Source of the DNA: Candidatus Nanohaloarchaea archaeon
GTDB taxonomy: Archaea; Nanohalarchaeota; Nanosalinia; Nanosalinales; Nanosalinaceae
Direction: 5' to 3'
DNA length: 25,280 nt
Assembly (NCBI GenBank): GCA_042217695.1
Contig: JBDGSE010000012.1
Location: forward strand, 1 to 25,280
Made by a program: the position numbers and the translations under genes. The notes under the pieces were generated by a model, which searched no databases, was not told where the DNA came from, and worked only from the letters and a program-made list of their open reading frames with translations. Positions 15,828 through 25,212 of this stretch are shown here, in pieces (position 1 is the first letter of the stretch; every line of letters starts with the position of its first letter).

Positions 15828-15830
15828 ATA

Positions 15831-16445
15831 ATGGAACTTGACGAAGAACAGCTTGACACACTCCGTGAAATAGGCAACATCGGTGCAGGCAACGCCTCGA
15901 AGGCGCTGTCCGATATGACAGACGAGAAAATCGAGATAGAGTTCCCCTCGATAGAGGTACATGACATCGAGGAGATACCACAGGTCGTGGGCGAACGCTC
16001 CAACATTTACACCATGATCAAGGTCGAGGTGGAGGTCGACCAGGAGGACAAGTCCTTCTACCTCGGTACGCTGATGCTTATGCTGGACCTCTACTCCGCG
16101 AAGGAGCTCGCCAGCCACCTCACCGGAGAGGAGGACGGGAACCACGAGGAACTCAGTATGCAGGAGAAATCCGCGCTGAAGGAGACTGGCAACATAATCA
16201 CCGGGGCAACCCTGACAGCGATGACCGAGTGGATCGATCTCCGGCTGGATGAAAGCGTACCAGACATCAAAACCGATATGCTTGGCGCCGTGATGGACGA
16301 GATACTTCTGAAGATGGCACAGGAAGAGGAACAGGCACTGATGTTCCGAACCAGTTTCAACTTCAAGGAGGAGCTGAACGCCTACTTCATGTTCCTTTTC
16401 AGCCGGTCCGGACAGGAAATACTTCTCGACAGACTTTCGGTGTGA
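15831..16445 (+). CDS. cheC: CheY-P phosphatase CheC
   Basis: Two active-site motifs, D.LREIGNIG.GNA and SALKETGNI, located between cheA and cheD. Confidence 0.9.
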   Translation: MELDEEQLDTLREIGNIGAGNASKALSDMTDEKIEIEFPSIEVHDIEEIPQVVGERSNIYTMIKVEVEVDQEDKSFYLGTLMLMLDLYSAKELASHLTGEEDGNHEELSMQEKSALKETGNIITGATLTAMTEWIDLRLDESVPDIKTDMLGAVMDEILLKMAQEEEQALMFRTSFNFKEELNAYFMFLFSRSGQEILLDRLSV

Positions 16446-16448
16446 GAC

Positions 16449-16928
16449 ATGTCAGAGACCACGAGAAACAAGGAAGTAGGGATGGGCGAATACCGTGTAT
16501 CCAGAGGAGACGATGTTCTGACCGCCCTGGGCCTCGGGAGCTGTGTGGCCGTGGGGCTTGTAGACACCGAGAGTTCGCGGTGTGGACTGGCTCATGTCAT
16601 GCTGCCCGCGGAAGAGGGAGAGAACTCCAAGAAACACGCGGACGTCCTCATCAACAGACTGGTGGAATCTATGAAGAAACGCGGCTCCGACCCAGAGAAC
16701 CTGAAGGCCAAGATATTCGGAGGGGCCTCCATGTTCCACAACTCCTTCGACATCGGTGAGGAGAACATCGAATCGGTGAAGGAAGAACTGGACAGGAGAG
16801 ATATCGACATAGTCGAAGAGGACACCGGGGGAGAGAGCGGCCGGGCCATCTGGCTGAGCTGTCGCTCTGGGAACGTCGTGGTCAGGAAGTCCTTCGAAGG
16901 CACGGAGACCGTGGAAGACGAGGAGTAA
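16449..16928 (+). CDS. cheD: Chemoreceptor glutamine deamidase CheD
   Basis: LGLGSCV, GLAHVMLP, AKIFGGASMF, IG.EN and EDTGG..GR. Confidence 0.95.
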   Translation: MSETTRNKEVGMGEYRVSRGDDVLTALGLGSCVAVGLVDTESSRCGLAHVMLPAEEGENSKKHADVLINRLVESMKKRGSDPENLKAKIFGGASMFHNSFDIGEENIESVKEELDRRDIDIVEEDTGGESGRAIWLSCRSGNVVVRKSFEGTETVEDEE

Positions 16929-17042
16929 CCGGGTTGTTAAAGAACTGAAACCCTCCGCGTATCTTTTTAAAGTAGAATCTAAATGCTATAATTATATGGA
17001 GCCACGGAGAGCTCCATCCCTAAACTCGTGGAGTGAGAATGC

Positions 17043-19094
17043 ATGGCCAACACCGTAGACAAGATAAGAGGATGGGTCGACGACAGAGACTTTAAAACCA
17101 AGATATTCTTCGGTTTCCTCATACTGTCGCTTTTCCTTGGCGTCGCCGCACTCAACGTGTACACCGCTGCCATCCAGAACAACCAGCATGAAGTGAAGGA
17201 CAGGCTCGCAACCGAGGTCTCGCTCATGGCGGAGATGACCGGAGATCCTGCGGCCCGGAAGGCCAACAGCACGGAGACCATGCAGGCTGTCCGGCAGCAG
17301 ATCGCCAGCCTGAAGAGCGGGAGCACAGGCGAGGTTTTCGTGGTCGGGGGCACAGGCGAGGATAAAGGCCAGTACATAGTGCCGCCGCAGAGTGGCACCG
17401 TGGGACAGAACGTCCTGAACAAACAGGGGGCCGGAGAATACTACATCCAGAGCATGATAAGCAGGGCCGTGGCAAACCCCGAAAAAACGTTTACCACCTC
17501 CTACCAGAACGAAGACGGCAAGAAATTCTACGCCGCGTTCACCTACCTCTCCAGATGGGACTGGGTGATGGTCAACAGGGCGCCAGCCTCGCTGGTAAAC
17601 GCAAGGATGGCCGCATTAAACGCAAGTATACTCCAGGCCATAGTTATCGCCGGGATAGGTATAACGGCAGTATTCGCCAGCTTCTACTTCTACCTGATGA
17701 TACCTGCCAACAGACTGGTCGAAAAGGCGGACATACTGGCGAACGGAGAGATCTCCGAGGTCGAGTTCAACCCCGAACGGGGCGACCAGATAGGAGACCT
17801 CCAGGAGGCCTTCCACAAGGTACACGAATTCATGAAAAGCTTCTCCGCCCAAGCAGACGCCCTCGCGAACAAAGACTTTGAATCCGAGGCGTTTGACGAG
17901 GAAGTTCCCGGCGAGCTGGGCCAGACACTGGAGGACCTGAGAGACGACCTCCAGGAATTATTCGAACAGCTCGAGGAAGAGAAAGCCGAGGCCGAGGAAC
18001 TGACGGCCTCCCTGCAGGAGGAGGCCGCGGAATACAGCCAGGTGATGGAGGAAGCTCGTTCGGGCGATCTGACAGCCCGCGTAGATCCGGAATCGGACAG
18101 CGATGCGATGGCCTCCGTGGGGAAGTCCATAAACACCCTGCTGGAGGAACTGGAGACCATCGTCGTCCGCATCCAGGGATTCGCAGAGGATGTCTCCGCT
18201 GCAAGCCAGCAGCTGGACGCCAGCTCGGAGCAGGTAGAAGCCTCCAGCGAGGAAATCAGCGAATCCATGGAGGATATCAGTTCCGGCATGCAGCAGCAGA
18301 CCGCCACGCTCTCCAACGCGAAGGCACAGATGCAGGAGGTGTCGGCAGCCGTACAGCAGATAGCCTCCTCGGTTGAGGAAGTGACACAGAAGTCGCAGCA
18401 GATAGCAGAAAAGGGAGAGACCGGCAAGGAACTCTCCTCGGAAGCTATCGACGAGATGAACACCATGGAGGAGAGAAGCGAGAAGGTGGCCGACAAGATA
18501 CAGGAACTCGACGACCAGATGGAAAAGCTCGGAGACATCGTGGACCTGGTATCCGACATCGCCGAGGAGACAGACAACCTGGCGCTGAACGCCTCGGTCG
18601 AAGCGGCTAGAGCCGGAGAGGCCGGTGAAGGGTTCGCGGTAGTAGCGGACGAGGTCAAGAACCTGGCAGAAGAGACCTCCGAATCGACGGAGGACATGCA
18701 GGAAGTGATAAACAGCGTTCAGGAGTCCACTTCAGAGGCTGTTGAAGAGGTGCAGGAAATGCGTTCCTCGGTCAACGAGGGTATGGACTCCGTGAAGGAG
18801 AGCCTCGACGCGATGGACGAGGTCGCGGACCAGGTCGAGGAGGCAAACGCAAGCATACAGGAGATCGACAGTGCGGTGGACCAGCAGGCCTCTGCCACGG
18901 ACGAAGTAGTGGACGAAGTAGTGGAGGTCTCGGATCTGAGCGAGGAGGCCTCGGAAGAGGCCCAGGAGGTCGCTGCCTCCCTGAACGAACAGACCTCGGC
19001 TATCCAGGAGATCTCCTCCAGCGCAGACTCGCTCTCTAATAAGGCAGTCAAACTCAGGGACCTGCTGGACGAGCTAAACGTCAAAGAGGACTAA
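17043..19094 (+). CDS. Methyl-accepting chemotaxis protein (TM - Cache-like sensor - TM - 2 HAMP - signalling domain)
   Basis: Two TM helices, two HAMP-like segments, the hairpin tip [38 protein letters not shown], and methylation-type heptads (SSEE, SAIQE). Confidence 0.95.
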   Translation: MANTVDKIRGWVDDRDFKTKIFFGFLILSLFLGVAALNVYTAAIQNNQHEVKDRLATEVSLMAEMTGDPAARKANSTETMQAVRQQIASLKSGSTGEVFVVGGTGEDKGQYIVPPQSGTVGQNVLNKQGAGEYYIQSMISRAVANPEKTFTTSYQNEDGKKFYAAFTYLSRWDWVMVNRAPASLVNARMAALNASILQAIVIAGIGITAVFASFYFYLMIPANRLVEKADILANGEISEVEFNPERGDQIGDLQEAFHKVHEFMKSFSAQADALANKDFESEAFDEEVPGELGQTLEDLRDDLQELFEQLEEEKAEAEELTASLQEEAAEYSQVMEEARSGDLTARVDPESDSDAMASVGKSINTLLEELETIVVRIQGFAEDVSAASQQLDASSEQVEASSEEISESMEDISSGMQQQTATLSNAKAQMQEVSAAVQQIASSVEEVTQKSQQIAEKGETGKELSSEAIDEMNTMEERSEKVADKIQELDDQMEKLGDIVDLVSDIAEETDNLALNASVEAARAGEAGEGFAVVADEVKNLAEETSESTEDMQEVINSVQESTSEAVEEVQEMRSSVNEGMDSVKESLDAMDEVADQVEEANASIQEIDSAVDQQASATDEVVDEVVEVSDLSEEASEEAQEVAASLNEQTSAIQEISSSADSLSNKAVKLRDLLDELNVKED

Positions 19095-19136
19095 ACCACT
19101 TTTAAGCTTGGAAAAAGTGAATAGTAGTTGTGGACT

Positions 19137-19724
19137 ATGGGAGACTTCGAACTTAACGAGAAACAGAGAGACGAACTACAGGAACTCGGGAACATAGGCT
19201 CCGGCCGGGCATCCCGCTACCTCTCGGAAATAGTGGACCACAAGGTAGATGTTGAAGTACCGGCCGTGGAGATAACGACCCTGACCGGGCCAGAGACCGC
19301 ACAGGAGATATTTGATAAACCGGCGGATACAGAGGTCACCGCCGTACTGATGCCCATATCTAACCCCTCCGGTGTCATCACATTCAGTTTCACACAGGAG
19401 GACTACCTGAAATTCCTGAAGCTGTGGGGTGAGGGAAGCACCGGTGACCGCCAGAACTTCCTGGAGACCAGTAAAGAGGTATCCGAGTTCTACCTGGAGG
19501 CGGCACAGAGAGTACTGGGAATCGAAATCGAGAAGGGTACCCCGAGACTGATCAGCCTTGACCTGAACGCCCTGATGATCCATTCCTCTGCTGCACTCAC
19601 GCAGGCAAATTCACTGATAATCAACTCTGCCATGACCATCAAGGATATAGAATGCGAACTTACCCTTTTCCTGGAGCTCGAGGACGTGGACGAGGTACTT
19701 GAGGCGCTTGAAGACCAGGTATAG
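19137..19724 (+). CDS. Second CheC-like protein (one intact phosphatase motif)
   Basis: N-terminal D.LQELGNIGSG.AS..LS resembles the 15831 CheC. The second motif is degenerate. The start is ATG 19137. Confidence 0.78.
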   Translation: MGDFELNEKQRDELQELGNIGSGRASRYLSEIVDHKVDVEVPAVEITTLTGPETAQEIFDKPADTEVTAVLMPISNPSGVITFSFTQEDYLKFLKLWGEGSTGDRQNFLETSKEVSEFYLEAAQRVLGIEIEKGTPRLISLDLNALMIHSSAALTQANSLIINSAMTIKDIECELTLFLELEDVDEVLEALEDQV

Positions 19725-21746
19725 TCAGAGACGAGACAGGATCCTGTCCCTGAACTCTTCCTCATCCAGTGTTTCGATGTTCTCCTCCCTGGCGTCCTCC
19801 ATCTTTGACTCTCCCAGGTTATCGCCGACAACAAGGTAGTCGGTCTCGCCGCTCACCGAAGACGTTACATCCGCGCCGTGGTTCTCCATGAGACGCACGA
19901 CCTCCTGCCGCGTGTAATCCTCCAGCGCCCCGGTAAAGACAAATTTGAGACCTTCAAGTTCTGTCCCCTGATCCGTACGGAAAGGTTCCACGCCCTCTTC
20001 AAGCAAGGCCTCCACGACCTCATCGCTCGAACTGAAAAAGTCCTCAATGCTTTCCGCGATCTCCGGGCCTATACCATCTATCTCCTCGATATCCTCTTTG
20101 TCCGCGGACCTCAGCTCCTCGAGCGTGAAGTTTTCTGCAAGCAGCCGCGCAGTTTCGCTCCCAACATGCCTGATGCCGAGAGCGTATATGAACCTGTCGA
20201 GCTCCACCTCCCGGCTCTCCTCTATCTGTGCAAGCAGTTTCTCCGCGGATCTTTCCCCGAACCTCTCGAGTCCCAGAAGCTCCTCTTTTTCCAGGCGGTA
20301 GAGGTCAGGGATCTCCTCAACGAGACCGGTCTCTACCAGCTGGTCGGCCACCTCTCCTCCTATGCCCTCTATATCCATCGCCTCGCGGGAGGAGAAGTGT
20401 TCAAGCGAGCGTTTGAGCTGGGCAGGGCAGGACACGCCCCCCGTGCAGTAGTGGTACTTCCCCTCCTGTATCACTTCTGAACCACAGACAGGGCATTCCC
20501 CCGGCATCGAGAACTCGCCTTCCCTCTCCAGGACCTCTACTACCTCTGGTATGACCTCTCCCGCGCGTTCCACGCGGACCCTTGAACCTTCGGCAACCCC
20601 GAGTTCCCGGGCCATGGATCCGTTGTGGAGTGTGGCCCTCGAAACGGTCACACCTCCTATATCCACGGGCTGTAGGAGGGCCACGGGAGTCAGTTTCCCT
20701 GTCCGCCCGACCTGTACAGTTATCTTCTCCACGACCGTCTCCTCCTTCTTCGGCGGGAACTTGTAGGCGAAGGCCCATCGTGGGTGTGACGCGGTTGACC
20801 CTATCTCATCCCTTTTTTCGTGGTCGTTCACCTTGGCTATCACGCCATCTATCTCGTATTCTAGATCGTCCCTCCGGTCCACCATCTCCTCGCGGTAGTC
20901 AATGAACTCCTCTATCGAGTCCACTAAACGGTTGTACTCACTGGTCTTCAGTCCAAGAGATTCAAGCATCTCCACTGCCTCGACATGGCTTTCTATGTCC
21001 CTGGAGGAGTCCATGATCTCGTAGAAGAAGATGTCCAGCGGCCGGTCAGCCACTTTTTCAGGATCCAGGAGGCGCAGGGTCCCGGCTGCGGCATTCCTGG
21101 GATTGGCAAAAGTGCTCTTGCCTCTCTCCACGCGTTCCTGGTTCAGCTCCTGAAACCCTGACCGCGGCATGTAGACCTCTCCCCGGACCGCGATGAAATC
21201 GGGTGCGTCCTCAAGTTTTAACGGCACGCTTCTCACGGTCCTAACGTTCTCCGTGACCTCTTCGCCTTCTGTACCGTTTCCACGGGTAACAGCCCGATCA
21301 AGCTCTCCCTTCTCGTACACCAGCTCGACGGAAAGACCATCGAATTTGGGTTCTACATGATACATGACCTCTCCCACGCTCTCCCTGATCCTCTCATCGA
21401 ACTCCTGGACCTCATTGATGTCCTCCGAGGATTCAAGGCTCAGCATCTCTGCCGTGTGTTCAACCGTGGGAAGCGAGTCCAGTGGTTCACCGCCAACCCG
21501 CTGCGTGGGCGAGTTCGGATCCTCCAGCCCGAACCTCTCCTCCAGTTCCTCGAGACGGTTGAAGAGCCGGTCATACGCGCTGTCAGAGATCACAGGGTCG
21601 TTCTCCACGTAGTACATGTGGTCGTGGTAGCGTATCGCCTCTCTCAGAACCTCGACCTGTTCTCTCGCCTCTTCTTCACCGAGTTCGTCCACCGGAGAGA
21701 ATTCCAGGTCGGGATCCCGTACGTACGGGTTATCGGGTTCTTTCAT
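19725..21746 (-). CDS. ligA: NAD+-dependent DNA ligase
   Basis: YY..P.ISD.AYD, adenylation motif KFDG, RGEV, NPRNAAAG, DG...K and AYKFP, followed by a C4 zinc finger, HhH repeats and a BRCT domain. Confidence 0.97.
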   Translation of the reverse strand: MKEPDNPYVRDPDLEFSPVDELGEEEAREQVEVLREAIRYHDHMYYVENDPVISDSAYDRLFNRLEELEERFGLEDPNSPTQRVGGEPLDSLPTVEHTAEMLSLESSEDINEVQEFDERIRESVGEVMYHVEPKFDGLSVELVYEKGELDRAVTRGNGTEGEEVTENVRTVRSVPLKLEDAPDFIAVRGEVYMPRSGFQELNQERVERGKSTFANPRNAAAGTLRLLDPEKVADRPLDIFFYEIMDSSRDIESHVEAVEMLESLGLKTSEYNRLVDSIEEFIDYREEMVDRRDDLEYEIDGVIAKVNDHEKRDEIGSTASHPRWAFAYKFPPKKEETVVEKITVQVGRTGKLTPVALLQPVDIGGVTVSRATLHNGSMARELGVAEGSRVRVERAGEVIPEVVEVLEREGEFSMPGECPVCGSEVIQEGKYHYCTGGVSCPAQLKRSLEHFSSREAMDIEGIGGEVADQLVETGLVEEIPDLYRLEKEELLGLERFGERSAEKLLAQIEESREVELDRFIYALGIRHVGSETARLLAENFTLEELRSADKEDIEEIDGIGPEIAESIEDFFSSSDEVVEALLEEGVEPFRTDQGTELEGLKFVFTGALEDYTRQEVVRLMENHGADVTSSVSGETDYLVVGDNLGESKMEDAREENIETLDEEEFRDRILSRL

Positions 21747-23428
21747 TCAAAAAAATCCTCCAGCTCCTCGAGCGGGGAAGTGTTCAGTACGTCAGATTTC
21801 TCGAGCCATCCTCTCCTGGCCTGCCATACGCCGTAACGCATGAATCCAAGCTCCGAGGTCGAGTGCGCGTCCGTCGACACCACGAACTTCACCCGGTCGC
21901 GGTACTTCTTCACGTAGTTCCATGGAAGATCAAGTCGGCGGGGCTGGGCGTTTATCTCCACCGCAACGTGATTCTCCGAGGCTGCCTCCGCGACCCGGGC
22001 CATATCGAGCGCGAGACCTTCCCGACGGTGGATCTTCCTGTTGAACGGGTGCGCAAATATGTCCACCGGGTATTCTTCAAAGACCTCAACTATCTTCTCG
22101 GTCGGGTTCTCAGTGGCGTTGTGCATGGACGCCACCACAAGGTCAAACGTCTCCAGGAACTCTTTCTCCAGGTCGAGTCCGTCAGCAGTTATATTGGCCT
22201 CAACGCCGTGAAGTACTTTTACCGGGAAATCCTGGTTCGCGGCCTCTATCTCCTCTCTCTGTTCCTCCCACTCCTCCTTTTCCTGTGGACCACCGGCTAT
22301 CTGCAGGGCCGGACCGTGGTCAGTTACAAGTATATAATCGTGGCCGAGTTCTGACGCCTTTGAGGCCATCTCGGCCACACTGTCAGAGCCGTCGGAGTAG
22401 CTGGTATGCATCTGGAGGTCTCCCTTCATGTCCTGCTCGGTGACCAGTTCGGGCAGTCCTGAGGTAGCGGCGGCCTCGACCTCGCCGGTGTCTTCCCGGA
22501 GCTCCGGGGGTATAAAATCGAGGCCCAGCTTTCCGTAGACCTCTTCCTCTGTTTTCCCCGCGAGTCTTTCCTCGCCGTCGAAAAGGCCGTACTCGTTGAG
22601 CTTCCATCCCCTATCCTGGGCCCGGCCTCTCAGGGATATGTTGTGGTCCTTCGAGCCGGTGAAGTAGAGTATGGCGGCGCCGTATTCGTCCCTGGACACG
22701 ATACGCAGGTCTATCTGCAGGTCGCCGGAGACCATCACGGAGGACTTGGTCTCTCCCCTGCCCAGGACCTCTTTCACCTGCTCCATCGAGCAGAACTCCT
22801 CCATCGCCTTTCGCCGGTCAGGAGCCACTGCAAGAACGTCCAGGTCGCCCACGGTCTCTCTCCTCCGGCGGTAGGAACCGACTATCTCGACCTTCTCGAA
22901 GTTTTTCGACGCGGAGAGGTTTTCCCTGAGCTCCTCCGCTATCGGCTCGGCCTCTCCAATCAGCATCCGTTCCTGACCCTTTCTCGCCATCGAGATACCG
23001 GAAAGAATCCTTTCCTGGCTCTTCTCGCCGAAGCCCTCGACGTCCGCGATTTTGCCTTTCCCGGCGGCTTCCTCCAGGTCATCCAGGTTCTCTATGCCCA
23101 GGGCCTCGTAGAGTTTCCGGACCTTTTTCGGACCCAGGCTCTCCACCGCGGTCAACGCCTCGATGTTTACAGGCAGTTCTTCCTCCAGTTCTTCAAGATA
23201 CTCGAGTCCCCCGGTTTCAAGGTACTCCGCGATCTTTTCCGCGATGCCTTCGCCGACACCGTCGATTTCCTGTAGCGCCCCCCTTTCATGCACATCTTCT
23301 ATAGGTTCGGAGAGCGCTTCGATGTTCCTGGCGGCTTTCCTGTACGCCCTTGGCTTCCACTCGACATCCTGCATCTCAAGGTAGTCCGCTATCTCGTAGA
23401 GCAGGTCGGCGACCTCCCTGTTCTTCAT
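21743..23428 (-). CDS. polX: Family X DNA polymerase with PHP domain
   Basis: AYRKAA, HhH GVG..IA.KI, GSYRR.RETVGDLD, QIDLR, YFTGSK.HN and NEYGLF. The PHP motifs are HT.YSDG, TDH, AHP and TDAH. Confidence 0.96.
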   Translation of the reverse strand: MKNREVADLLYEIADYLEMQDVEWKPRAYRKAARNIEALSEPIEDVHERGALQEIDGVGEGIAEKIAEYLETGGLEYLEELEEELPVNIEALTAVESLGPKKVRKLYEALGIENLDDLEEAAGKGKIADVEGFGEKSQERILSGISMARKGQERMLIGEAEPIAEELRENLSASKNFEKVEIVGSYRRRRETVGDLDVLAVAPDRRKAMEEFCSMEQVKEVLGRGETKSSVMVSGDLQIDLRIVSRDEYGAAILYFTGSKDHNISLRGRAQDRGWKLNEYGLFDGEERLAGKTEEEVYGKLGLDFIPPELREDTGEVEAAATSGLPELVTEQDMKGDLQMHTSYSDGSDSVAEMASKASELGHDYILVTDHGPALQIAGGPQEKEEWEEQREEIEAANQDFPVKVLHGVEANITADGLDLEKEFLETFDLVVASMHNATENPTEKIVEVFEEYPVDIFAHPFNRKIHRREGLALDMARVAEAASENHVAVEINAQPRRLDLPWNYVKKYRDRVKFVVSTDAHSTSELGFMRYGVWQARRGWLEKSDVLNTSPLEELEDFFE

Positions 23429-23514
23429 AACCCTGTTTTCTCTCCGAGTCTTAACTCGTTTTTCACCGAACCAAATTTAAGTCCAAAGGTAATACCTTGT
23501 ATTATCTGGTAAGT

Positions 23515-24477
23515 ATGAAAGCGATAATACTTGCAGGCGGTCACGCCACACGACTATGGCCGATAACCAAAAACCGGGCCAAACCACTGCTCCCGCTTGG
23601 AGACAGACCTATAATTGACTATATAATGGAGGACATAGAGCCCGAGGTCGACGAGACCATAATCTCAACCAACAGAAAGTTCGCATCCGACTTCGAGGAC
23701 TACATCGACGAGTACGGCCGTGATGCGCGCGTGGTCGTGGAGGACCAGGACTCCGAGGAGGAGAAACCGGGAACAATCGGCGCGATCCTGAAACTGCTCG
23801 ATAAGGAAGATCTGGACGACGACCTGGTTATCATCGGCGGCGACAACTACCAGAGCTTTGACGGCGCCGCCTTCCTGCAGTTCTGCAGGGAGAAAGACGC
23901 CCCCGCGAACGTGGTCTACGACGTGAAGGAAGAGTCGATTGCGAAACAGATAGGAATCGTTGACCTGGAGGGCGACCGGATAGTGGACTTCGTGGAGAAA
24001 CCCGAGGAACCTCCCTCCACGCTGGGCTCCATCGCCTGGTACTTCTTCCCGCAGGACAGGGTCTCCCTGTTCCAGGAGTACGACGAACACTTTTCGAAGA
24101 CGGACGTACCCGCGGAGAAATACCTTGACGAGCCCGGCCGCCTCATAGAATGGGCCCACAAACAGACACCGATGTACGCCTACTCGTTCGACGGTCACTG
24201 GTTCGACATCGGGACCCCCAGGGGATATCTGGATGCGCAGCGAGAGGTCGTGGATGGAAACATGGTGGAGGGCGAGAACATCAACTCGGAACTTGGCGAC
24301 AACGTCTATATAATGGAGGGCGCACAGGTAAAGGACTCCCACATCGAGAACTCGATAGTTTTCCCCGAGGCAGTTATAATCGACTCGGAGGTCAGGAACT
24401 CCATAATCGACAGGAAGGCCGACGTGGAGGACATGGAACTTAACGGCGCCATCATAGGGGAGCACTCAACGATCTAG
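23515..24477 (+). CDS. Sugar-phosphate nucleotidyltransferase (glucose-1-phosphate thymidylyltransferase-like)
   Basis: MKAIILAGG.ATRLWP.T...KPLLP, GDN, F.EKP and WFDIGT, with a C-terminal beta-helix. The start is ATG 23515. Confidence 0.92.
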   Translation: MKAIILAGGHATRLWPITKNRAKPLLPLGDRPIIDYIMEDIEPEVDETIISTNRKFASDFEDYIDEYGRDARVVVEDQDSEEEKPGTIGAILKLLDKEDLDDDLVIIGGDNYQSFDGAAFLQFCREKDAPANVVYDVKEESIAKQIGIVDLEGDRIVDFVEKPEEPPSTLGSIAWYFFPQDRVSLFQEYDEHFSKTDVPAEKYLDEPGRLIEWAHKQTPMYAYSFDGHWFDIGTPRGYLDAQREVVDGNMVEGENINSELGDNVYIMEGAQVKDSHIENSIVFPEAVIIDSEVRNSIIDRKADVEDMELNGAIIGEHSTI

Positions 24478-25186
24478 GACCCTCTCCTTCTTCATATTCC
24501 CCGAGGTAGTCCTGCGCCCCAGGCACTCCCAAAGCTTCACGCCGGTAACCAGGATCTTCGCCAGACGCCGGACTGTAGTCGATGTCTTTTAACTCCTGGA
24601 AGTAGAAGCCGTCACCCGACTCGACGCCGTATATCTCCGTGTAGGCGTCCGCCGTTTCGCCCGGCGTCTCCCCGGTCTCTCCGGAGAGCTCGCTGTCGAT
24701 ATCTATACCTTCCTCCTCGAGCCAGCGTTCGACCTCCGCAGTTTCATGGGGGTAAACATAGTTGCCGGGAAAAGGGTCCAGTCTGCGGGTTATAGCCTGG
24801 TTCAGGCCTTCAACTGTGGGACGGTCGTTCTCCCGTTTGACCTGTTCCACCGCCCGGACAAAATCCCGGGAAACACCCTTTCTATCCGACAGCTGTTCGG
24901 TCAGCTGATCGTTAACCGCAAGGACGTGGCCTCCCTCGTGGACCGTGAAGTGGCGGCGTTCCGACTGGTCGAGGTAGAGAAAACCGGGGTTCACCGCGAA
25001 CACCGTCTCCGAGTACGCCGGGTCCCGCGAGTACTTCGTGACGGCGGGCGTGTGTTCGGGGAGAGAGGGGTCGATCTCCACGTCGTCGACGAATGGCTCC
25101 AGTTCCAGGTCCGTGACCTCTTCTGCCCTCTCAAGTTCATCCCAGAGACGGTCCTCCTTGGTCTTGCCGGTGAACGCGAAGCTCAT
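24452..25186 (-). CDS. Hypothetical protein with a HEXXH motif (putative zinc metallopeptidase)
   Basis: VHEGGHV followed by a downstream VEGLNQ; acidic composition. ATG 25186 was chosen as the start. Confidence 0.65.
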   Translation of the reverse strand: MSFAFTGKTKEDRLWDELERAEEVTDLELEPFVDDVEIDPSLPEHTPAVTKYSRDPAYSETVFAVNPGFLYLDQSERRHFTVHEGGHVLAVNDQLTEQLSDRKGVSRDFVRAVEQVKRENDRPTVEGLNQAITRRLDPFPGNYVYPHETAEVERWLEEEGIDIDSELSGETGETPGETADAYTEIYGVESGDGFYFQELKDIDYSPASGEDPGYRREALGVPGAQDYLGEYEEGEGPRSLSAPL

Positions 25187-25212
25187 CGGCTGTTGCTCCG
25201 TACTCAAAACTA

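Noticed and set aside
17690..18697. 335-aa antisense ORF inside the MCP
   Set aside because: It is the same shadow-frame effect (poly-Ser from antisense Glu/Asp codons).
18898..18925. Short tandem repeat GGACGAAGTAGT x2 in the MCP
   Set aside because: It is an in-frame DEVV-DEVV within a coiled-coil heptad region, which is an ordinary coding repeat.
11409..19724. che cluster as a mobile element or genomic island with defined ends
   Set aside because: I found no integrase, transposase or flanking direct repeats, and codon style in most che genes matches the neighbours. Only the intergenic parts and the cheB 5' end look AT-richer.
23665..24465. 266-aa antisense ORF inside the nucleotidyltransferase
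   Set aside because: It fully overlaps a well-supported gene and has Val/Leu-rich shadow composition without recognisable motifs.
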